A stretch of 64,000 nt of DNA, from assembly GCA_963769885.1 (NCBI GenBank), contig CAVYNH010000007.1:64001-128000 (forward strand). Reading direction: 5' to 3'. The notes under the pieces are model-generated. The model did no database searches. It saw only the letters and a list, made by a program, of their open reading frames with translations, and was not told the DNA's origin. The stretch is from Methanobacteriota archaeon. Its GTDB lineage: Archaea; Thermoplasmatota; E2; DHVEG-1. Shown in pieces: positions 10,377 to 20,235 of this stretch; positions within the stretch are counted from its first letter, which is position 1, and every line of letters starts with the position of its first letter. Made by a program: the position numbers and the translations under genes.

Positions 10377-11424
10377 ATGTTCTCTCTAGAAAAAAGGTGG
10401 GAACACAATAGAAGCATGAAGGCACCGCATACTTTTATTATGTACACACGTGTCCTGAGACTTCAAGGTGCTGCAGCAACTGCCTCCGCGGTTCTCATTG
10501 GTGCTTTACTCATGGGGCAACGAGACTTTGCCTCTCTGTTCGTTCTCTTTATTTTAGGGGTTCTCGCACATATTTTCATCTTTGTTTTCAATGAGTATGT
10601 TGATGTTCAGGTCGATGCAATATCTGCTGATCTTAAGGGGAAACCTCTTGTCAGTGGCGCGGTTTCACGACGTAATGCCCTTGTAATCGCGCTGATTGTT
10701 TTGGCATTAACGTACGTGCTCAGTACCCGTCTTTTTCTCAGAATACCCTTTGTTATTCCTTACATTAGGACTCCTCTGCGGTAGTATCTATGATTTATTT
10801 GGGAAAAAAATACTTTTTGCAGATGTTTTTATTGCAGGATCTTGTTTCTTCATTGTATTATTTGGTGCGAGTACTGTCTCTATCTCGTTTACATCCTTTG
10901 TGTATCTTGTTTCGCTTGCCTGTTTCTTCCACATTTTGTTTAACAATGCTGTTGAGGGTGGATTAAAAGATATAGATCACGATGCTCTTGCTGGTGCGAA
11001 AACAACAGCAACGCGATTACAGGTGAAGATTGTTGATGGGAAACTCGTGGTGACAAAACGGTTCGCTGCGTTCGCGTACCTCTGTAAGCTCTTTTATCTC
11101 AGTTTAGTTTTTTTGGTGAGTCTCCTCCCTGAGGTTTCCTTCTGGAATTCTACCGTATCTTTTTTAGCGCAGATATTTTTGGTCTTTCTACTCGCTGTAG
11201 TTGTTGTCACTTTGTATCGGTTTTGGCATCCCCCTGAATTTAACAGGAAGCATTTAATCAAGGTATTTGGGATACATGAGATCGCAGCATATGCCCTTGG
11301 CCCTATCGTTCTCCTTCCAGTGATAGGGATCTCTTTGACTCTGCTGCTTCTTGTTCTACCAGTAGTTTGGTTTTTCCTGGTGAACCTTTGCCTTTATGGA
11401 CATCCTCTGTATCCTCAGGTGTAA
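10377..11424 (+). CDS. UbiA-family prenyltransferase (+1 frameshift near 10727, probably an artefact)
   Basis: NEYVDVQVD and KDIDHD Asp-rich motifs, KPLVSG; two ORFs join by removing one C. Confidence 0.85.
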
Positions 11425-11521
11425 ATTCAAAAGATAGATGAAATAAGAACGGATCCCTATTTTATTAGATAGAATCTCACAAAAAATTTGTAATATTTCC
11501 GAGTTTATTAGTTATATCTTA

Positions 11522-11640
11522 TACGCCCGCATCGGGACCTAGCGCTAATTCTATAGTGCCCAACAGGAGAAAATAAACTCAAAAACCAGACGGCCTTGAT
11601 CGCCAAGACTCTACAACGACGGACAGTACATAAAACTAAC
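11522..11640 (-). repeat. tRNA-Arg 3'-end repeat plus type-B arm
   Basis: TACGCCCGCATCGGGA then CCTAGCGCTAATTCTATAGTGCCCAACAGGAG, shared with 17955. Confidence 0.85.
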
Positions 11641-11757
11641 TCATTCGTAAGGTTATTGACGGTCAGAAGTTGTCCCCGTTGGACTTTGGCGTAAACATTC
11701 AACCATGGTCCGATAATCATTCAAAATTGATTGATGGCTTGAGAATTTTACAGACAT

Positions 11758-11824
11758 CACCTAGCAAAGGATACTACGTCCTAGATCCGTTTCCGTGGCT
11801 CGGTCAAGCAGTGACACGGTTTTG
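11758..11824. repeat. R repeat 3
   Basis: ACAT|CACCTAGCAAAGGATACTACGTCCTAGATCCGTTTCC...GGTCAAGCAGTGACACGG. Confidence 0.85.
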
Positions 11825-11854
11825 AATCATATTTTTTGTGTTGAAAAGTTCCAT

Positions 11855-11878
11855 GGGTTCAAATCCCTTACCCTGCAC
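11855..11878 (+). repeat. tRNA 3'-end-like fragment (probably tRNA-Leu), copy 1
   Basis: GGGTTCAAATCCCTTACCCTGCAC resembles T-arm plus acceptor strand. Confidence 0.6.
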
Positions 11879-11930
11879 TAAAAGACAAAATCAAGCTTAT
11901 TTTTAGTAAAGAAACCCATTTTATTTGCTC

Positions 11931-12717
11931 TCAATTTATTGAATGAGCCTTGGTTTTGATTTTTTCGAGTGCCAATCCATAAATCGAGATTGTGAATAAA
12001 GGTATATGAAGAATAGCCACCCAAACTGGATATCCTGAAATTATCAAGGGGCCACTCAGGTTTAGAAGACCGAAATAGACGCCTACAATGCAGAGAAAGC
12101 GGTATGCTGGTTTGTAGATATTAGGATAGGTACAAGGTCAAAATATAAATCATTACTGGTGCTGTAAAACAGAAGGCAAGTCCATATTCAGATGTCAAGA
12201 AGAGTATTGGATTAAAGTCTGGTTGTCCAAGTATCGTCATCGGAACCCAAAATGCTAAAATCGCCAAGGGCACTGCCCAAAACCTCCACTTTTCTAGCTC
12301 CACTAACGCAAATTCGTTCTCATGCTGGAAGATTGCTGGAATCCATAAGATGCCTACAAGGAGTATCTGTAACAGGTTATTGAATATAATCACAAACCCG
12401 AACTGTTGATTGACAGTTATGTTCTGTGCAAATGCTATAAACACAAAATTGACTGTAAGATACACATAAAAATATTTCACTACTTTCGTGTTGAGTTTCC
12501 AAAGAAGAATCACAAGGACTAGAGTGGCAAGATGAAAAGCGGGCGCAAGCCAAAGATATGGCGTAAGCGATTCTCTAAGGACTAGTCCCATAAGTTCTCC
12601 TACTTGCCCGTATGTCATTGGTTTGCTCGTATATGGTGGAACAAAAAGAGGGATCAGAAAAAGAAGTAAGTAGAACCACCATTTTGACGTAATCCTTCGT
12701 AGAGCAAACGGTAGCAT
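11931..12717 (-). CDS. Multi-pass membrane protein (+1 frameshift near 12130)
   Basis: Hydrophobic ORF continues as YPNIYKPAYRFLCIVG...IN* after removing one C. Confidence 0.75.
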
Positions 12718-12768
12718 GTTGTTTTAGTATGACATATTTCGTATATAAAAGCATGAATTACTGAAATA

Positions 12769-12790
12769 GGTTCAAATCCTTCCCCTGCAC
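12769..12790 (+). repeat. tRNA 3'-end-like fragment, copy 2
   Basis: GGTTCAAATCCTTCCCCTGCAC, direct repeat of 11855. Confidence 0.6.
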
Positions 12791-12791
12791 A

Positions 12792-12889
12792 TAAAAACAT
12801 ATCCTTAGAACCCGATCACCGAGCAGTAGATACTGCTTCCGAGATCCGTTTCCCTGGGCGGTCTAGCAGTGACACGATTCTATTGTGAT
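12792..12889. repeat. R repeat 4
   Basis: AAAAACATATCCTTAGAACCCGAT|CACC...GATACTGCTTCCGAGATCCGTTTCCCTGGGCGGTCTAGCAGTGACACG. Confidence 0.85.
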
Positions 12890-12934
12890 CTACTACAATA
12901 TTTTGAATAAAAAATCAAGAGATTATTTTCTTAT

Positions 12935-13633
12935 CAGTAGCGGCCGGGAATACTGCGTGGTCTGAACCGCAGTGAAGACCCGCAGATGAGAGGCCGCTCG
13001 TCGTCTTTTTCTCACAACACTCGTTACATTTTTTGTCGCGGCGGGCAGGCGTCCGCCTGCCCCTTTACCGCGCGACAGGAGTACAAAAACTTATGGAGAG
13101 TGTATCGAGCGGCAGCTCTAAAAAGGTTGCGGGTGACACCCGCAACAACTGGGTGACCATGATGTTCCCGACACACAAAAGGTACCGGAACTTCCGAAAA
13201 CAAAGCCACATCGACACCTGCACCCAGGCGTTCCACGACCTGGAACGCCTTGGGTTCGAGTTCGGCGAATTCGGATTCGCCGAAACCCATGTACATCTCC
13301 AGGTCAACGTTCCCAAGCGGTACTCCATTGAAACCGCTGAGATTATTCTCAAGTCTTACACCTCCCGGAGAATGTTCCAGGCTCACCCCGGGTTCCACAA
13401 ACGCTACCCCCGCGGGGGATTCTGGAGCGGGTACGAGCACCATGAATCCACCGGATTGACCAGCCTTGATGAATCCTCAGCCTACCTGCGCGATCAGCAA
13501 CGACATCACAACATGACTATTATCGACGACCGACAACAACGCCTGACCGCCGAGTGAGATACGGCAATGCCCAAGAGGGCTTGCCGAGGAACGAAGGCGG
13601 AACGGGGTCATAGGGGCGCAGCCCCTATTTCAT
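12935..13633 (+). mobile_element. IS200 element copy 3
   Basis: Near-identical to copy 1; inserted in the 3' end of the Zn-finger gene. Confidence 0.95.
13093..13557 (+). CDS. tnpA: Y1 HUH transposase TnpA
   Basis: Same motifs as copy 1. Confidence 0.95.
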   Translation: MESVSSGSSKKVAGDTRNNWVTMMFPTHKRYRNFRKQSHIDTCTQAFHDLERLGFEFGEFGFAETHVHLQVNVPKRYSIETAEIILKSYTSRRMFQAHPGFHKRYPRGGFWSGYEHHESTGLTSLDESSAYLRDQQRHHNMTIIDDRQQRLTAE

Positions 13634-13936
13634 TCTTGGATCGTTACACTCTGGACAATTAACATTTCCAGTACCATCGCATTCAGGGCAATCTTCGATT
13701 CTAGTACCATCACAGATTGGGCACTCTCTCTTTCCTCCACCACCGCAAGCGGAGCAAATTTTAGGTCTATCACCGTTTGGGTTATCATATGGATCCTCTC
13801 CAGTACCTTTGCAAATTATACAATCAGTCAATCCAGTACCATTACAATCAATACATTCTTCTTTTCCAGAACCGCCACATTTTGGACACACTATTGTTCC
13901 AACACCATCACAACATGAACACTTTTTTTCTGTCAT
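13625..13936 (-). CDS. DnaJ-type CxxCxGxG zinc-finger protein
   Basis: Multiple CxxCxGxG repeats; last codons supplied by the IS. Confidence 0.8.
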   Translation of the reverse strand: MTEKKCSCCDGVGTIVCPKCGGSGKEECIDCNGTGLTDCIICKGTGEDPYDNPNGDRPKICSACGGGGKRECPICDGTRIEDCPECDGTGNVNCPECNDPRMK

Positions 13937-13944
13937 AATATGTA

Positions 13945-14319
13945 CTATTTCACAACGAGTTTTTTCACTAATTCCATTACTCTGTTGTGTCGAGTTTCCT
14001 CGATTTCTAAAATACTTTTTTTCAACCAATTCCGCCAATCTTTTTTATCTTTCCATAAATGCAGAAAAACAATGGGAATATCGTTCCGTTTGTATATCTC
14101 CTCCCGATATACATAATCGAATTTATCAGATCCACAAACCTCTAAATACAAATTTAATGCAGGAAGGTAAAAATCAGGTATCCACACCCTCGGGCGTTTC
14201 TTTTCATCATAAAGGAAAACAGGCTGTTGATAATACCAATCCAAACCCATTTCATTCAAATAACCGGCGACTACAATCTCGCTTTTGTGCATGTCGTTGT
14301 AAAATTCCTTTCCTGGCAT
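13945..14319 (-). CDS. PD-(D/E)XK-superfamily endonuclease-like protein
   Basis: SE...YL...IPDFYLP...YLEVCG motif. Confidence 0.7.
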   Translation of the reverse strand: MPGKEFYNDMHKSEIVVAGYLNEMGLDWYYQQPVFLYDEKKRPRVWIPDFYLPALNLYLEVCGSDKFDYVYREEIYKRNDIPIVFLHLWKDKKDWRNWLKKSILEIEETRHNRVMELVKKLVVK

Positions 14320-14456
14320 TTATTTCTCTTCTCCTTATTATAAGTGATAAAATGTGGATTATTAACTCTTTGGGAGGTCTTGGATTTGGGCAATAAACAA
14401 ACACATGATTATTTAGTCCATGATTCAAATTATTTCTCAATACTTTTTATTCCTGC

Positions 14457-14493
14457 CCCATTTCCATGGATCGGTCAAGCAGTGACACGTTTT
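14457..14493. repeat. R repeat 5 (3' half)
   Basis: CCATTTCCATGGATCGGTCAAGCAGTGACACGTTTT. Confidence 0.75.
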
Positions 14494-14552
14494 GTAACTC
14501 ATGATTTATGTGCGAAATCAAATGATAAAAAAAAGGGAGATGGATAGGACGT

Positions 14553-16349
14553 CTACCCTCCATCGACAAGTTCGAGCTCCCACTGCGCATTCCCACCCAT
14601 GACCATATCCTTGGTGATCCAACATTCATTCAGGAATGCATGACCATTCGTGAATTTACATGCGGCGAGGAACTCGATCTGATCGGCAAACAACCGGGAC
14701 GTGAGGATCACCCTCACATTATGCATATTACAGATAATCCCATCATAAATGAACTCCACACCCGGTCCCCTCGATCCGTTTACATACGAGTAATTCTCAA
14801 TAGTCACCCATTCCTTCGTTGGCTGAATCCGTTGAGGGAAGAAATCCAAAAAGAACAATGCCCGATCTCGCCATTCCTGTTTTACTTTGAAATCAACGTT
14901 ATAAGATAAATTCATGATTCTGTAGGTGCATACAAAGGTGACGCTCGCTTTCCCGAGTCCATGCACTGGCCGTATCTGGATTGTCGCATTCTCCCCGGGG
15001 CCTAAGGTGCCGATGGTTCCATTTTTCAATTTTGGAGAGAACAGATTTGCTGTTGCATTCATTACCCACGAGATGTTTTCCGCTGTCCCATTCCCTCTAT
15101 TCGTCAACTCGACGGAAAGGCTGCCCAGACCGCCTTTGATGTTGATGAGATCAAGGATTGGTAGGTTTTGTTGTGCAGTAGTGGACCCAAAACAATACAC
15201 CTTCCCATCACCGGATCCTACGTAGACTTTTCCGTTGGCAACCGCAGGAGAGGACGACACATAATTGTCCGTGGTGTAGTTCCAGATGAGTCCGCCGGTC
15301 GAAGCATCCAGACAATACACCTTATTATCAGGATCATTGGATCCTATGTAGACTTTTCCGTCGGCAACCGCAGGAGAAGACGACACATAAGAGCCTGTAG
15401 TGTAGTTCCAGATGAATCCGCCGGTCAAAGCATCCAGACAACACACATTCCAACTATATAATCCCACGTAGACTTTTCCGCCAGCAACCGCAGGAGAAGA
15501 GTACACTATATCACTGTTGGTGCAACATGCCCAGATGAATCCGCCGGTCGTCGCATTCAAACAATACACAAACCCATTATTTGATCCCACGTAGACTTTC
15601 CCAGTGGCAACCGCAGGAGAAGATTCCACCCAAGAGTTTATGGGGTAGCTCCAGATGAGTCCGCCGGTCGAAGCATCCAGACAAAGCACCTCTAACCAAA
15701 ATCCGATGTAGACTTTTCCGTCAGCAACCGCAGGGGAAGAAGTTACCCAATAGCCTGTGGTGTAGTTCCAGATGAGTCCGCCGGTCGACGCATCCAGACA
15801 ATACACAGTCCCATCCCAGGATCCTACGTAGACTTTTCCGTCAGCAACCGCAGGAGAAGAACGCACTTCATCACCGGTGGTGAAGTTCCAGATGAATCCG
15901 CCGGTCGTCGCATTCAAACAATACACATTCGCATCATCGCATCCGACATAGACTTTCCCGTCAGCAACCGCAGGAGAAGATTTCACCCCACGGCCTGTGA
16001 TGTAGCTCCAGATGAGTCCGCCGGTCGGCGCATCCAGACAATACACAGTCCCATCATATGATCCTATGTAGACTTTTCCGTCGGCAACCGCAGGAGAAGA
16101 AAGCACTTCATCACCGGTGGTGTAGCTCCAAAGACTATTATTTGTATCTGGCCCAAGAGATGTTGAATAGCGAGAATGACTCAGGTCATGCCCAAACATC
16201 GGCCACCAATCAGTATCAAGTGGAGCAGGTCGATGCTCGTTCAGTTGAGGTGTATCATTCTTTTGACGTATCTCTCCAGTGATACTCGGGAGACCAACGG
16301 TCGTCATCAACAGCATACACACAAACATACCAAGTATCTTTTTTTTCAT
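14553..16349 (-). CDS. Secreted PQQ-like (BamB-type) beta-propeller protein
   Basis: Signal peptide, WPMFGHD, eight SSPAVAxGKVYxG repeats. Confidence 0.9.
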   Translation of the reverse strand: MKKKILGMFVCMLLMTTVGLPSITGEIRQKNDTPQLNEHRPAPLDTDWWPMFGHDLSHSRYSTSLGPDTNNSLWSYTTGDEVLSSPAVADGKVYIGSYDGTVYCLDAPTGGLIWSYITGRGVKSSPAVADGKVYVGCDDANVYCLNATTGGFIWNFTTGDEVRSSPAVADGKVYVGSWDGTVYCLDASTGGLIWNYTTGYWVTSSPAVADGKVYIGFWLEVLCLDASTGGLIWSYPINSWVESSPAVATGKVYVGSNNGFVYCLNATTGGFIWACCTNSDIVYSSPAVAGGKVYVGLYSWNVCCLDALTGGFIWNYTTGSYVSSSPAVADGKVYIGSNDPDNKVYCLDASTGGLIWNYTTDNYVSSSPAVANGKVYVGSGDGKVYCFGSTTAQQNLPILDLINIKGGLGSLSVELTNRGNGTAENISWVMNATANLFSPKLKNGTIGTLGPGENATIQIRPVHGLGKASVTFVCTYRIMNLSYNVDFKVKQEWRDRALFFLDFFPQRIQPTKEWVTIENYSYVNGSRGPGVEFIYDGIICNMHNVRVILTSRLFADQIEFLAACKFTNGHAFLNECWITKDMVMGGNAQWELELVDGG

Positions 16350-16399
16350 GTTCCTTTCACTCCCCAAAATACAAACTTTGTAAGAGTTGATATCCTCTG

Positions 16400-16490
16400 G
16401 ATTCATTTAAATGTTTTCAGGCAATAAAATCTGCAATAAAGGAATGAATGCTTGTATTACTTCTTTAAAAACATATTCTTAGAATCTCAT
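16400..16490 (-). promoter_or_regulatory. Shared ~90-bp upstream region ending in the 27-bp motif, without hairpin
   Basis: Similar to 19891-19982; ends CTTTAAAAACATATTCTTAGAATCTCAT. Confidence 0.65.
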
Positions 16491-16596
16491 GTTTTGTGTA
16501 AATCGACGATAAAAAGATGGGATTTTTAGTACCCCAGTAGGTGTCGTAGAATTGGGAACGCATGTGGGAACAAAAAAAAGAAAAGAGGTTGGAGTA

Positions 16597-17589
16597 TTAG
16601 GTTACTCCAAGAACGTAAAACAGAAGAATTTTCCCTGTCGCTGTCTTTTCTTTATCAGATACTCTTGCGGTAATGCTGATAGGACCAAGTCCAAGGAATA
16701 GCCCTGTTGAGACTGTTTTTGGTTCTCCCATTGGGATGTCAATGGTCCCATTCGCTGTTGTATTTACTAGTCCAAGGATGCCGCCTTTCACTTGAAGCTG
16801 CCATGCAACACCAGTGGCATCTGCATCCCCGATGTTCGTGATGACTGCTTTCACTCCAATGCCTCCGGTGATGTTAATCTGATAATCGGGTTTTGGTGTA
16901 TAGGTCAGGTTGAAGGCAAGATTGTGAGCTAGGCTTGCACCATTTTGTAACGCATTGAGGTTACCTTGTGGAGATGTCATCCATAAAAACGAGCTGAGAT
17001 TTTGCGAAGCATTGCTTTGTATTGAAAGCCAACCATTTGTTAAATACACACTTGGAATAGTTGCTTCGAAATAGTACATGGGCCATCCATTATATAGCAA
17101 TCCTGTGTTTGTGTAGGTTGGTACTACATTATAAAATGGTGATGGTGGAACCACTGCACCTGGTGCACCAGCATTATTTTGGTAGAATATGATATCGAAT
17201 GTCATTCCATCTGGAACGCCTTGATACCATCCAGAATTCCAGATCCAGGTTAGTCCCCACCAGTGCACATCATCAATTGTCACATTATTTATACCCCAGA
17301 AGTCTTCTTGACATAGCCATGCCAAATTTTTCGCGGATGTATAGGCAGCCCAAGATTCATTTGGTAGATACGGCATCTGAGAAAATATTACATTTCCTCC
17401 TGACGTCGGCTGAATAATTTTTCCTGATGGTTGTAGATTACTGTTTATTCCCATAGAAGTTATTCCATTATTCGTCATAGACGCGACTGCGGGAATAGCA
17501 GTAGCTATCATCAGCATGCATACAAATATTCCAATTAGTTTTTTTTCCTCCTTCAATTTACTACTACAAACCAGGCTTGTCTTTCTCAT
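16597..17589 (-). CDS. Secreted protein
   Basis: IGIFVCMLMIA signal peptide; C-terminal GGIGV...GKILLFYV domain; start uncertain. Confidence 0.8.
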   Translation of the reverse strand: MRKTSLVCSSKLKEEKKLIGIFVCMLMIATAIPAVASMTNNGITSMGINSNLQPSGKIIQPTSGGNVIFSQMPYLPNESWAAYTSAKNLAWLCQEDFWGINNVTIDDVHWWGLTWIWNSGWYQGVPDGMTFDIIFYQNNAGAPGAVVPPSPFYNVVPTYTNTGLLYNGWPMYYFEATIPSVYLTNGWLSIQSNASQNLSSFLWMTSPQGNLNALQNGASLAHNLAFNLTYTPKPDYQINITGGIGVKAVITNIGDADATGVAWQLQVKGGILGLVNTTANGTIDIPMGEPKTVSTGLFLGLGPISITARVSDKEKTATGKILLFYVLGVT

Positions 17590-17676
17590 TCTTTTCCGTA
17601 TAAAAAGCCTGTTCCTCCTTAGCTAGTGCTATTAGTTATCATTATTTAAATGTTTGGAATAGAAAAAAATTCTTCT

Positions 17677-17761
17677 TTTTAAAAACATATCCTTAGAAAC
17701 CTATTACAAAATAGGAGATATTGCATCCTAGATTCGCTTCCCTTGGCGGTCAAGCACACGC
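17677..17761. repeat. R repeat 6
   Basis: TTTAAAAACATATCCTTAGAAACCTAT...GATATTGCATCCTAGATTCGCTTCCCTTGGCGGTCAAGCA. Confidence 0.85.
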
Positions 17762-17954
17762 ATCAATCCTTCTGAGGATTGCACACAGACCATGCAGAGC
17801 CACAATCCCCCTTGGTTGGTTGGGCATATGCGTACCAAGAAGAAGATAACGCGTCCTCGTTTTTTATCATCAATGTTAATAATTATACATGAAAAAAGAG
17901 ACGGTGGTTCACGGTCTGGAGGTGGAGGTTGGCGATGGAAAAGGAGCGTTTTTT

Positions 17955-18068
17955 CGTCCGCATCGGGACCTGGCGCTAATTCTATAGTGCCCAACAGGAG
18001 AAAACACCCTCAAAAACCAGACGGCCATGACCGTCAGAACTCTACAACGACCGGCACTACATAATACT
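17955..18068 (-). repeat. tRNA-Arg 3'-end repeat plus type-B arm
   Basis: CGTCCGCATCGGGA then CCTGGCGCTAATTCTATAGTGCCCAACAGGAG. Confidence 0.85.
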
Positions 18069-18148
18069 ATCGCTCACAACTATTCCTATTGTGAGAACCA
18101 GCCTATTTTTACCTAATACCTTTTGCATCTTGCTTTTCCCCCTTAAAC

Positions 18149-19855
18149 TTATATCAATCTATTGCAAAGAGCAATAATAAATCGTAAGCCAATCAGTCCG
18201 TGATACTCCTTTGAGATCGTGACCCTCTCCCCATGAAGATAGGTGATGAAACTGAAGGGGATGAATGTCACTACTCTGGTTTTCACCGCCTCAAACGCCG
18301 TGTACTTTCCTTGACTGGAGAGGTTGGTGATCTTGCCGAAGATGAACACTGGCTGGAACTTTTCAACCGTAATGTTCTGAGTGATACTATCTTCTGCGCC
18401 AGCATTGTCTCTCACGGTCAACGTGACATTGTATGTCCCCGAAGCTAGATAGTCATGCGTCACGATTTCTCCTATTCCTGGAGTGCCATCGCCGAAATTC
18501 CAAACCCAAGAAGAGATATTCCCATCAGGATCATAGGAGGATGATGCATTAAAGGTTACAGAAAGATTTTCAGCAGAAAAGGTGAAATTTGCTATCGGCG
18601 GTTGATTTTCACTTTTTATTTTTATCAACTAGACATCCCTTTCTCCCAATCCATATGATTTTGTGTACCCTGCAATTAGATACCCTTTATCTATGGTCTG
18701 TATTACTGACCATCCTAAATCCTCATTTGGTCCTCCTAAGGTTTCATTCCATAGTTCATCACCCATAGCATCAGTTTTTATCAACCATACATCACTACTA
18801 CCTTTACCATAGGATTCCGTATATCCTGTGATAATATATCCACCATCCAGGGCCTGTCGAACAGAATATGCACCATCATTCAGAACCCCGCCAAAGGTTT
18901 TATTCCATAGCATATTCCCGTTTGCGTCTGTTTTGATTAGCCAAGCATCGTATGAACCTGCACCAAATGAGTTTGTATATCCTGCAATAATATATCCTCC
19001 ATCGGTTGTCTGCTGACCCGATAGTGCTAATTCATCGTTTATTCCTCCAAAGGTTTTACTCCACTGTAAACTCCCATTGCTATCAGTTTTAATAAGCCAC
19101 ATATCAAGGGGTCCAGCACCAAAACCGGTAAATCCAACAATAATGTACCCGCCATCAGCGGTCCGATGAACTGAACGTGCTTGTTCATTGTCTGCTGGTC
19201 CTCCAAAGGTTCTAAACCACTGCTCATTTCCATTAGCATCTGTTTTTAGAAGCAAAACATCAGCACCACCAGCACTGTTCCAATTGGTCCATCCTGCGAT
19301 AATATAACCACCATCTATGGTTTGTTCACCACACTCTGCTGTATCCCAAAGAACCCCCCTCCACCAAATCTTATCCCATTGTGTTATACCATTACCATCT
19401 GTTTTAATCAACAGAACACCAGCAGGACCTACAGGAGTCACAAAAGTGTTCCCTATAATGATATATCCTCCATCGGTTGTCTGCTGAACCGCCCATGCTT
19501 CATCCATGTTTGCCCATCCGAAGGTTTTATTCCACTGTTCAACCCCGTTAGAATCTATTTTTAGGAGAAAAACATCAAAATCACCAGCACCAAACGAGAG
19601 AGTTTTTCCTGTGGCGATATACCCTCCATCTGATGTCTGTTGTACGGAATATGCCGAATCATCGCTTACTCCACCCCAGATAATGTTCCATTCCGCTATG
19701 GGGCCATCTAAAGGCACTGCTGTTTGAGTAGTAAAAGAGCTGAAAACCCCTCTATTTTTCGCCCTAATATCACTAACACTTGATACGACACTCGCTCCCA
19801 CCATTAAAACGATAATTCCACAAACCACGCCCTTGTTCACCCAACTCGTTTGCAT
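18149..19855 (-). pseudogene. Secreted beta-propeller (QQTxDGGYII repeats) plus PKD domain, in-frame TAG at 18629
   Basis: DV*LIK where other repeats read DVWLIK; PKD domain (WNFGDG) follows in frame. Confidence 0.8.
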
Positions 19856-19890
19856 GAAAACCGATTCCTCCTTGGCAGTTGTTATCCTAT

Positions 19891-19982
19891 AGATTCATTT
19901 AAATGTTTTCAGACGATAAAATCTGCAACAAAGGGACGAACTCTTATATTACTATTTTAAAAACATATTCTTAGAAACCAAT
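19891..19982 (-). promoter_or_regulatory. Shared upstream region with the 27-bp motif, without hairpin
   Basis: Ends TTTAAAAACATATTCTTAGAAACCAAT. Confidence 0.65.
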
Positions 19983-20011
19983 GTATTATGTTAATCGATA
20001 ACTGTACTGAA

Positions 20012-20115
20012 ATGAAATAAGGGCTTTGCCCGTATATCTTGTTTCGCCCTCGTTCCTTACATCTACGAGTCTTACGCTGTCGCTTCAGATCGCGTAATAT
20101 TCCCCGCCACTATTG
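20012..20115 (-). mobile_element. 104-bp MITE derived from the IS200 element
   Basis: Minus strand reads left end CAATAGTGGCGGGGAATA...AGATG joined to right end AGGAACGAGGGCG...CCCTTATTTCAT. Confidence 0.85.
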
Positions 20116-20235
20116 ATATAAAATAACTGGATGAAAAAAGTTTGAGTTTGAAAAGTTATTGGGATAATAATTTAAATTATGATGATATTAGAAAAATCAT
20201 CAAAGTATCCTTACAAAATTTAAAAGAGGAATAAA

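Noticed and set aside
12829-12876. R repeat as a cobalamin riboswitch (CACTG...GGGAA on the minus strand)
   Set aside because: Too short, lacks the other conserved elements, and lies upstream of the TATA-like box
15185-16130. Diversity-generating retroelement
   Set aside because: No reverse transcriptase and no template/variable repeat pair with adenine-specific differences
18629-18631. Pyrrolysine or genome-wide TAG recoding
   Set aside because: The position is a conserved Trp, TAG terminates many normal genes here, and no pyl genes are in the window
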